This document shows, piece after piece, positions 54,716 through 64,000 of a stretch of 64,000 nucleotides of DNA. Within the stretch, counting starts at the first letter, position 1. Every line of letters starts with the position of its first letter. The notes under the pieces were generated by a model. The model was not told the DNA's origin. It saw nothing but the letters and a program-made list of their open reading frames with translations, and did not search any database. The position numbers and the translations under genes are program-made. The stretch is from Vairimorpha necatrix (Eukaryota): positions 1,116,001-1,180,000 of the forward strand of contig CP142727.1 in the NCBI GenBank assembly GCA_036630325.1, given 5' to 3'.

Positions 54716-57039
54716 TATATTTCATATTAAAAAAAATATCTGCTGTAAAATCATATAATAATTATCAAAAATCTTTCTTATAATCAACCTCTTTGGATAA
54801 AAAAAAGATGTTCTAAATTCATCAAATACAAAGAGGGAGGAAATGATCTAATAATATATATATGGTCTAAAAGTAAGATAAAATATGAAATTGGCAAAAA
54901 ATTTGAAGCAACACACATAAAGCACATGTCAATTAAAACATAAAATTTTGTCATTTATAGGCGTTTGAATACTAATCGAATAAAAATTTTAATGTAATAA
55001 ACAAATATACTTCAATCTTAGAAAAATTTACTTTTAAGAAGTTATGTTAAATAACCACAGAAACTTGAGGCAACATATGACAATGGAAGCATTGAAGAAA
55101 TTGATAAGATAAATAACAATAAATATTTTTTCAAAATTTGTGTACGTCATGATTAGAAAAACTTATACTAACATTATTAATTTTATGCAATGATTTTAAA
55201 GAACACGGTTATCATATTGTCAATCTTCTTCGATCACATTGATATGAACTCTATTTTTTAGCAGAAATTTAGAACACAATTTTATCTAAATTTTATTTAA
55301 AAAACAGACTGTCATATCATAGTCTAACGTTTATAGAGTATGAGAATAGTTCAAGACCAACATAAAGTAAATATTTTAGCGGTCATTAAGTTATGATACT
55401 AAATAGAATCATAGACTTATCACCATGTGCAATATATATCTACTATATGTGTTCATATAAATTAAATCAGGTTGTACTAATTTTATTTTTTGTGCTTTAT
55501 TAATATTTTAGTAGAATCCAAATCTTATTTTTTTTTTCGTATTAAATATTAAAAGTTGTTATAAGTGGCAGATTTAGAATCAAGTTTAATTTATAATGAT
55601 ATATTTTTGCAGTCTGTAATTATAACACATAAGACTATAACATTAAGCTAATGAGCATATTATTTTTTGTACATTCCTAATATATAAATCAAGTTCCTGT
55701 TTTGTAGTATTACAAATTTTTATTGATTAATGCAATGTTTATTGTCATGCGGTAGACATACGCTGACCATCAGAATTACCATTCATAAAGAATTCTGCAT
55801 TTGTTTGGTCCAAATGATATATTTGACACTTTCAGAAGTCATGCTATTTTGCTACAAATATGTGTTCTACACATATTTGTTCAAGTTTTGTTCTATTTTT
55901 ATTTCCCTCCAAAATGCTACATTTTGGAGGGAGACGTTTACGAAACGCATTTAAGCAACTTGCCCTAAGAAGGGTACAATGAGTAATAAACAGTTAATTA
56001 ATAAACCTTTATCTTCTAAAAGCCCACTATTTCTTGTCTCGAGACCAACGCGGCAACATTTATAATAAAACAAGACAAATCTAAAGTTTTTAGTTTATTA
56101 TGTTAATTTTCTTTCTTGAGTTTAGATTTTTGTAACACAGCTTGTCCCGGTATCGCTCATGGGATTCAGCTCTTTACGGACTATAGTTTTTGTGAATAAA
56201 TTTTCGTTTTCTAAGTTTTCAGCTTCAGTCTCATTCAACGACATTCCTAACAAGACAAATCTTAATTTATAAATTTGTATAAAAATCGATTATAATGATT
56301 AAAAAAAAGTAGAAAAGAAAGACCCCATTTAAATGAGCAATAAACTTTGGAAGGTTTTAGAATAGAAAAAACGTTGTTTCATAAAAAATTAATTTTTAGA
56401 TTTAATTAATGCCAATTGCATATACGATAGCATACCAATATATTTGTAGATTAAATAACGTAATGAAACCAAAGACTTCTAATTTGTTTTTAATGCTGTT
56501 TTTTGCTTATAACTCAGTAGAAGATAACTTATTTTATTGTCTGTCACGTTATCAGTAAAAGTGTTATAGTAAATAGTCTCTTAGGGTCATAATTTTTTTA
56601 ACGTGTATCATGAGATGAAGTAGAAAATCACACAATCTAAAACACACTAGCAATTCTATGTTTTTAAACATAAAAGAACATTAAGATATTACATTATTGT
56701 TATTTTGCTTTTAATACATCATTGTAATTCTTAAAATAAATTTTATACTATAATTTATGAAATTGGGCCATTAAGGACTAACTAAAGAACATTAATAAAT
56801 CTTGTTTTATCATATTACATATTATATTTGTTGTAACATGTGAAACAAGTACTGTCTTGTTACAAACGCCAGACAGTTTTAGTCATCTTAAACCAGTTAT
56901 GTTCTATTAACTTAACGTATGTTTCACTGGAAACTAGTTAAGAAAACTGATTCTAATAATTATGCAATTTAATATAGACATATCTTCGAAACTCAACAAT
57001 ATTAATTTTTTTACTGTTATCGCAAATTTTCAAATAAAT

Positions 57040-57832
57040 TGTCACCGTTCAGACCGGACGCCCGTTCGGACTGGACGCCGGGGGTAAAAAATTAAAAAAA
57101 AATCTCTTCAGTCAGGGGCGAACCAGAAAATAAGAACAAATAAATGTTCGTCTTTAAGACAGCTCAAATTTTGTCTCGATTTTTTGAGGGGTAAATTTTT
57201 GTTTTTTTTTTATAATAATGGGAGGGAATAATGAAAAAAAGGAGAAAAATAAAATAAACAAAATTTTTAGTACTTTATTCATTACCAAGCAACCTTAGAT
57301 CTCTAGTACTTATTTCTTCTATTATAATGCCATTATTATCTTCTTTGCATAATTTTACTTTATTAAATTGAATTATGTCTGTTAAAATATAGACTTCAGC
57401 ATCTAAATGTTCATAAAGAGAATGTCTTCGGGTATTTACGTTGTTGTCCAAATAAGGTCTTATAAGGACTCTATCTCCTATTTTATGTTCAAAAAATCCT
57501 ATTTCTCATTATTAGTTTTTTTTTCAATACACAAAAATAAAAAAAGAGTAACATTTTATAAAACATAATTATAATTCCCATATTCGCAACAGGAACGCAT
57601 AAACTAGTTTAACCTAAAAATTACAAATAAATAACAGCGATTTTTTTGTATTATTTTTTTAACCATATAAAGTAAACATTTTCCCCTGCGTCCGGTCCGA
57701 ACGGATATTTTTTACTCTTCTTAAGTATGCATTTCCCCTGGCGTCCAGTCCGAACGGATATTTTTTACCCTTCTTAAGTAAGCATTTTCCCCGGCGTCCA
57801 GTCCGAGCGGGCGTCCAATCCGAACGGTGACA
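57040..57832 (-). mobile_element. Non-autonomous TIR element with TGT...ACA ends (Ginger2/Tdd-like), copy 2
   Basis: ~44-bp TIRs TGTCACCGTTC.GA..GGACGCCCG.TCGGACTGGACGCCGGGG; 5-bp TSD TAAAT (57035-57039; 57833-57837); 53-bp subterminal repeats; coding remnant 57275-57490. Confidence 0.87.
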
Positions 57833-58132
57833 TAAATTATAAGATATCGACGTACAAAGCAAAAATTAGTATTATATATTTATGAATATCCCATATTTTG
57901 TCCTGTATGTTACTATCACTTCAAGGTTTTTTAATTACAAGTAAGTATCTATTACAATTATATTTTTGTTATAAAATATATGTACACTCTATAACTATGT
58001 ATAAGGAAATTCCATGCATTATTTTTTTATTATATTCTTTTATATTAAGTCTTTGCGTCGAATTATATAGATACTGATTTTTCTTTAAAATAAGGAATAT
58101 ATTATGTAGGGTTTAGAACCCTTAATAAATAA

Positions 58133-60777
58133 ATGGTTAACATGGCGAACACAAGGATGAACAGGGAAACAAGAGAGTCCCGTAGTCAAGAGGCTAGAAC
58201 ATTAGAGAAAGAGGCAATTAGGATAGATAAGAGACTAAAGTTAATATTGAAAGTTGAGAAAGTTGAGTGGAAAGATGTTATGGATTTGGCATCTGCGAAC
58301 TTGCAGGATTATATTTTTGAAAATTTTTGTGACGGAAGGAGCAGTTGGGAGGAAATTTATAAAGGCTTACAAAAAGGAGCAGAATTTGAGAGAGAGTCAG
58401 AAGAAAGACAAGAAATGATTAAAGAGATTATGGATAAAGTGTTGAAAGAGTTTAGGGAAGAAAGAAAAGAAAATCTTAGGATGTATAGGAAAAGAAGAGA
58501 AATCAGAGAAACTACAAAATGTTTTATATGTAAGAAAGTAGGGCATTACGCTAGAGAATGTCATGAAAGTGTAGCTGGTAGGGAAAAATATAAAATTAAA
58601 AAGGAACAAGTTTTACAGAAAGAACCAATTATCAACAATGAATGGAAAAGATGTAAAACAGTAAATAAGTTAGAAAATTTAATTGAAAAGTATCCGGAAG
58701 TTTTTAAAGAATCAGAAGAAAAGATAAAATATCTCACAGGAGAGAAGTGTCCAATAAATACTAAGCAAGGTGAAAAGGTTGTGAAAAGAGGGCAGAATGT
58801 GCCATACTACCTTAGGGTGAAATTTGAGGAGTACTTGAATAAGTTGGAAAATAGAGGGGTTATAAGACGTTCCAAAAGTGAGTGGAGGAGTCCAATAAGA
58901 GCACTTGAAAAACCAAATGGGGACGTAAGATTGGTAAGCAATTTGATGGCGTTAAACGATTTGGTTGACAAGGACCCGTACTCATTACCGTTAATTAAGG
59001 ATATTATGAGAGCCACACAGGGGTCAAAAGTATTTACGGTTATCGACTTAAAAGAAGGGTTTTATCATATTGAGATTGAGGAGCACCATAAGCACAAAAC
59101 AGCATTTGAAGTGAATGGTCGAGTATACGAATGGAATAGTATGGTTATGGGGTTTAAGAATTCGCCTCATATAATGCAGAGAGTAATGAACAGAGTTTTA
59201 GATGAATTCAGAAGTAAAGGCGTGGAAGTATATATGGATGATATAGTTATTCATGGTAAAGACGTAAGAGTGCATGACGAGTTACTAGAGAGGGTAATTA
59301 AAAAGTTTAAAGAGTGTGGGTTGAGAATAAACCAAACAAAGATACAATACAAAAAAGATGAGGTGATGTTGCTGGGAGTAACAATTAATGGGGAGGTCAT
59401 GGGACCGAATGAGATTAAAAAGCAGGAGACATTGGAATATAGAAAACCTGAGAATGTTAGAGAGTTAAGAAGATTTTTAGGACTAACTGGTTGGTTTAGA
59501 GACTTTATTCCCAACTATGCGTATAGAACAGTAAGGCTTACTGAGGCTTTAAAGAAAGATGTTAAGTGGAATTGGACGGAGGATATGGAAAGAGCTTTTG
59601 AGGATATTAAGCAAGGCTTGAGAGATATGAAAAAGTTGAAGATTCCGGACGGAAAAAAGCTATTTAGAGTAAGAACTGATGCGTGTGATACGGGGATCGG
59701 AGCAATTCTATTACAAGAAAATAAAGAGGGTGAGTGGATTCCGATACAATGGGCATCGAAAATGTTGACTCCTACCGAGCGAAGATATACGATAAGTGAG
59801 AAGGAGATGTTGGCGGTGTTTTTTGGAATAAAGAAGTTTGAAAGTGATTTGAGAGGAAGGAAATTTCATTTGATGACGGATCATAAAGCATTAGCAGAGA
59901 TCAGAAATAAGCCATACTTCAATAATAACAGAATAAACAGATGGGTAGAACAGATACAAGAGTTTGACTTTACAATAGAGTATGTGAAAGGGGAGTTGAT
60001 GACAGATGCAGATGCGTTAAGCAGGCAGTATGATCAGGTAGAAGTTTCGGATGAACAAAAAGAAAAGGACAACAAGAGAAAAGAAGTGATCGAAAAACAA
60101 ATTTTGGGAAAAAGGCAGAAACATATTAAAGAAAAGGACGGTAAACAGTATTGGGAATTTTCCACAGGTGAGGTGAAAGAGATATTGAGCCTAGATAGTA
60201 GAGAACATGAAATAACAAGAGTACATGAGGAGTTAAACCATAGAGGTGTCAAAGGCACTTATTATAACATTAAACAAAGATGGTATTGGCCTGGTATGAA
60301 AGATCATATTAATAAGGTAATTAAGAATTGTGAAATATGTGGGATTAACAATAGGAAAAACACAGGAGGATGTGATTTCGTAGTAACTAGAAAGAAATTG
60401 GAGAAAGTGGCGTTGGATTTAATGGACATAGGTGGAGAGAATAGGTATGTGTTACTGGGTATTGATTACTTTACTAGAAGGTTGTGGGGTTCGAATTTGA
60501 GATGTAAAGAGAGTAGTGAAGTTATAGAGGTATTACAAAAGTGGATAAGGGAAGATGGATTTCCAGAGGAATATGTGACAGACAACGGAAAAGAGTTTGT
60601 AAGTAATAGATTTAAAGAATGGTGTAGTATTAATGATATTAAACATAGGAAAGTGGGCTTAGAAGCTCATAGGAGTAATGGTAGAATCGAGAGATGCATC
60701 AGAACTATAAGAGAGACATTGATAAAGCAAAATGATGGGAATATTTCTGAAAAGATAGAAAGAGCAATCAAAGGATA
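58133..60777 (+). CDS. pol: Gag(CCHC)-RT-RNaseH-integrase polyprotein, intact up to the nested insertion
   Basis: CFICKKVGHYAREC knuckle, YMDD, TDAC, H..LNH...CEIC, ALDL...TDNG...IER; no D[ST]G protease motif between knuckle and RT. Confidence 0.95.
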
Positions 60778-60826
60778 TATAAGTGCTTAACATAATTGGG
60801 GTTTAATATTATTACTGATTATAACA
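60778..60826 (-). repeat. 3' LTR of element #3 (49 bp)
   Basis: TGTTATAATCAGTAATAATATTAAACCCCAATTATGTTAAGCACTTATA on the minus strand, preceded by the PPT. Confidence 0.93.
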
Positions 60827-60836
60827 TCCCCCCTCC
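60827..60836 (-). other. Polypurine tract GGAGGGGGGA of element #3
   Basis: Directly before the TG of the 3' LTR; identical to the PPT of element #1 (2689-2698). Confidence 0.9.
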
Positions 60837-60842
60837 AGACGG

Positions 60843-63800
60843 TTAGTCTCCTTCAACATACTTTAAATCCCCTACACCCTTAAGATCATAATGCCTTTTT
60901 TTCACCAACCTTCCATTCTCTAATCTCACTATATATGAATCCCCTGGACATAGCTCAATCACTCTTCCCATGTCTAAAAATCGACCCTTACTATACTTAC
61001 TACATCCCTTTAAATTCTCATTCTTGGCAACCCTAACTATCTGGTTCCTTTTGAACTTTTCTCTAAACCAACTTTTGAACTGTTGCGCATACTTTCCCTC
61101 TGGACTATTCTCCATACTAACATTTCCTGTATTATCGGTTAAAGCTTCTACTGGCGTGCACTTAATACCAGCATGAAAACTTAAATTATATTTCTCAATA
61201 GCTTCATAAACCTTGTTCTCGAATTTCTCTTTTTGGCTCTTTAAAATACTATCTCTTACAGTTCTAATAATGCTTTCTACTCTTCCATTACTTCTGTGCG
61301 ACTCAACGCTGACCTTTCTATGACTAATATCCAAATTTCTACATAGCTCGGTAACTTTTTCGTTGCAAAACTCTTTACCATTATCCGTAATGATTTCCTC
61401 TGGTTTTCTACCCTGTTTACACAAATCCTTGATAAATTCGGCAATTCCAGATGCGTGCTTGCTCTTCAATACTCTGCCCCATAATCTCCTTGTAAAGTAA
61501 TCAACTGCCAAAACAATAAACGCTTTCTCATCCCTAAATTCTATTAAATCTAAGCCAACCTTCTCTAAATATCTTGTCGTGTTCACTAAATCAGTACCGC
61601 CACTCGTTTTTCTATTAAAAATCTGACAAGTCTCGCAATTCTTAAGGACCTTTTCGATCTGATCCTTAATTCCTGGCCAATAATACTGTTTCCTCAACTC
61701 ATAATATACCGTTGTTCTGCTTCTGTGGCTCAAATTTACATGACAATCCATTATTAATCTCTCTCTGTCTTGTTCCAAAGGCATCTCGCCTTCTCTACCA
61801 CTATCAAATACCCAGTATTCTTTACCTTCTACAATTTTTACATGCTTATTTCTTTTCCCTTCTTTTTGTCTATCACGGCGTGTTTCATTTCTCTTTTTCT
61901 TTGCATCTTTTTCTTTTGTATATACCCTACTTAGCGCATCGGCTACGACCATATTTTCTGGAGTTCTATATTCTATCACGAAATCAAATTCCTGAATCTT
62001 CTCGACCCATCTATTAATTCTAGCATTCTTAAAGTCGGGCTTGTTTCTTATTTCGCCCAACGCTTTATGATCAGTTTCTATTCTAAATTTCCTACCTCTT
62101 AATTCATATTCAAACTTTTTAACGCCCCAAAAAACTGCGTACATTTCTTTTTCTGATATACCATAATTAACTTCCGTAACGGTAAACTTCTTAGACGCCC
62201 ACTGTACTGGCACCCATTCTCCTTGATTATTTTTCTGTAACAGTACTGCGCCCATGCCTACATTACTAGCGTCAGTCCTCAACAAAAATTCTTTATCATA
62301 GTCTGCTATTTGCAGCTTTCCTAGGCCTTTCAATACTTCTTTTAAATTATTAAACTCGTTTTTCATATCATCCGTCCACTTCCAATTATCATTCTTCCCT
62401 TTTAAACTATCTGTCAACCTAACTGTCAATCCAGCGTAATTCTTAATAAAATCTCTGAACCAACCCGTCATTCCTAAAAATCTTCTTACATCTGACACGC
62501 ATGTTGGTATCGGAAACTCTAGGGCTTCATTTTTCTTTATCTCTGACGGTATTATATCTTCTCCATTTAAAGTGACTCCCAATAATTTAACTTCCCGTTG
62601 ACAAAACTGAACTTTATTTGCATTCAGCTTCAAATTGTTTTCCTTCAGTCTATTTAATACCCTTTTCACTAATTGCTCGTGTTCTCCTATCGTTCGGCTG
62701 TACAACACAATATCGTCCATATACACCTCTACTCCTTTGCCTTTCATATCTCTAAAAATCCTATCCATAATTCTCTGCAATATCTGCGGGCTATTCTTAT
62801 ATCCCATAACCATAGAGTTCCATTCATAAACCTTGCCATTAAAATCAAACGCCGTCTTATGTTTATCCTCCTCCTCTATCTCAATACTATAGAAGGCCTC
62901 TTTTAAGTCGAAAACCGTCATATATTTTGCACCTTGTGTAGCTCTTACAACATCTCTTATGTTAGACAATCTATACTCGTCCTTTTGTACAATATCGTTC
63001 AATGCCATCAAATTACTAACCAGTCTTATCTCACCATTTGGCTTTCTGATTGACCTTATAGGATTCTCCAACTTGAATTTGACTCTCTTATCACTTTCCT
63101 TTTTAATAAATCTTCTAGATGTAGCTCTGTATCTTTTATCAACGCCTGCGGAACCATTTGTCCCTTTTTAAATACCTTCATACCCGCTTCAGTATTAATT
63201 TTACATTTTTCCAGTTTACAATATTTTATCTCCTCTTTTCCTAACTTAAAAACCTCTCCAAAACTCTTAGCATACTTATCTAAATTTAATCTGATTCTCT
63301 TACTCTCCTCTTTAACGGCATATTCTTTTTGATTTTTCTCAAATTTGACTCTAAGTCCTCTTTTTGATCTTCTAAAATCTCGCTCCTGACTTGACTCTGA
63401 TTCACTACCTACTTCCATTTTGCAACTGTTATCCTTGTTATTCTTTTTATAATAATTATCTCTATTAATCTTCAGTCTGCATTCAAACACCCTATGCCCT
63501 TGTCTATCACAATAGAAGCATCACGGTACTCTCGATTTTTGTCTTGGTTGTTCTCTACTAATTTCTTCATTTATAGTCCTAGAAATAATTTTTCTCATTT
63601 CCTCATATATCTTTTCTTTTTCCTCTACTTCCTTAATCCTTAACAATAGCTTCTTCCTTATTCCTTCAATATTTTCTTCCTTTTTGATATTTCTCACAAT
63701 AAAATCTTTTAAATCCATCGAAGCCAACTTGAACAGCTCACTCTTCCATTTCACTCTATCTACATCTCTCAAATCCAATTCATACAATATACGCTCTAAC

Positions 63801-63886
63801 TCCTGTAACATCTTTCTGACCACTTGGCCACAGTCCTCTCTTGTGAACTCTTCTTTAGGTATCGCCCCCATATAAGTGCTTAACAT
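60843..63886 (-). pseudogene. pol: gag-pol of element #3 with one in-frame TGA (63521-63523) and one 1-bp frameshift (~63065)
   Basis: Gag...RVP*CFYCDRQGHRVFEC in one frame; SSWR-NPIRS restored by one extra A; RT YMDD, RNase H TDAS and integrase HHCC/DDE intact. Confidence 0.9.
63861..63870 (-). other. Primer-binding site TGGGGGC..., tRNA-Pro-like
   Basis: TGG directly follows the 5' LTR; TGGGGGC matches the first 7 nt of the canonical tRNA-Pro PBS (TGGGGGCTC...). Confidence 0.65.
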
Positions 63887-63919
63887 AATTGGGGTTTAAT
63901 ATTATTACTGATTATAACA
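63871..63919 (-). repeat. 5' LTR of element #3 (49 bp)
   Basis: 49/49 identical to 60778-60826. Confidence 0.93.
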
Positions 63920-64000
63920 GGATATAATAATACACTACATACAGCAATAAAATGTACGCCGATGGAAGCGTGGAGAGATCAAACTGCTGAAGTTATAATT
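63920..64000 (+). pseudogene. Continuation of the element #2 integrase after the nested insertion
   Basis: Reads GYNNTLHTAIKCTPMEAWRDQTAEVII, homologous to YNNSYHEGLRCTPFEA (#1) and YNLSFHAGIKCTPVEA (#3). Confidence 0.93.

Larger units (their letters stand above)
60778..63919 (-). mobile_element. Complete 3,142-bp Ty3/gypsy element #3 with 49-bp LTRs
   Basis: Identical direct repeats 60778-60826 and 63871-63919; 5-bp TSD GGATA (60773-60777; 63920-63924); PBS and PPT abut the LTRs. Confidence 0.96.
58105..64000 (+). mobile_element. Ty3/gypsy LTR retrotransposon #2, interrupted by element #3; 3' end outside window; 5' boundary uncertain
   Basis: ...TTAACA|TGGCG LTR-end/PBS junction at 58142/58143; single gag-pol ORF; integrase resumes at 63920. 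Confidence 0.9.

Overview
Very AT-rich, gene-poor, intron-less eukaryotic DNA. It is most likely microsporidian: CCC/GGG motifs sit just upstream of nearly every credible ATG, and the TE mix (Merlin, R4/Dong-like LINE, Ty3/gypsy) fits. The species cannot be determined from the sequence. Host genes: one housekeeping gene (FPP synthase, ERG20-like), four dispersed paralogs of an unknown ~745-aa probably secreted protein (one frameshifted), and two or three orphan ORFs. The rest is a layered TE landscape: three Ty3/gypsy elements, two Merlin (IS1595/ISXO2-like) transposons with 8-bp TSDs, a decayed RLE-type LINE plus two 5'-truncated relatives with TSDs, two non-autonomous TGT...ACA elements with 5-bp TSDs (Ginger2/Tdd-like), and a TA-flanked MITE. 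Three insertions are nested in other elements. The most striking observation is a miniaturised LTR-retrotransposon design. One complete 3,142-bp element has identical 49-bp LTRs, a ~120-aa Gag, no recognisable aspartic protease, and a start codon inside the LTR behind a host-type CCC motif. A second element in the window appears to share this layout.
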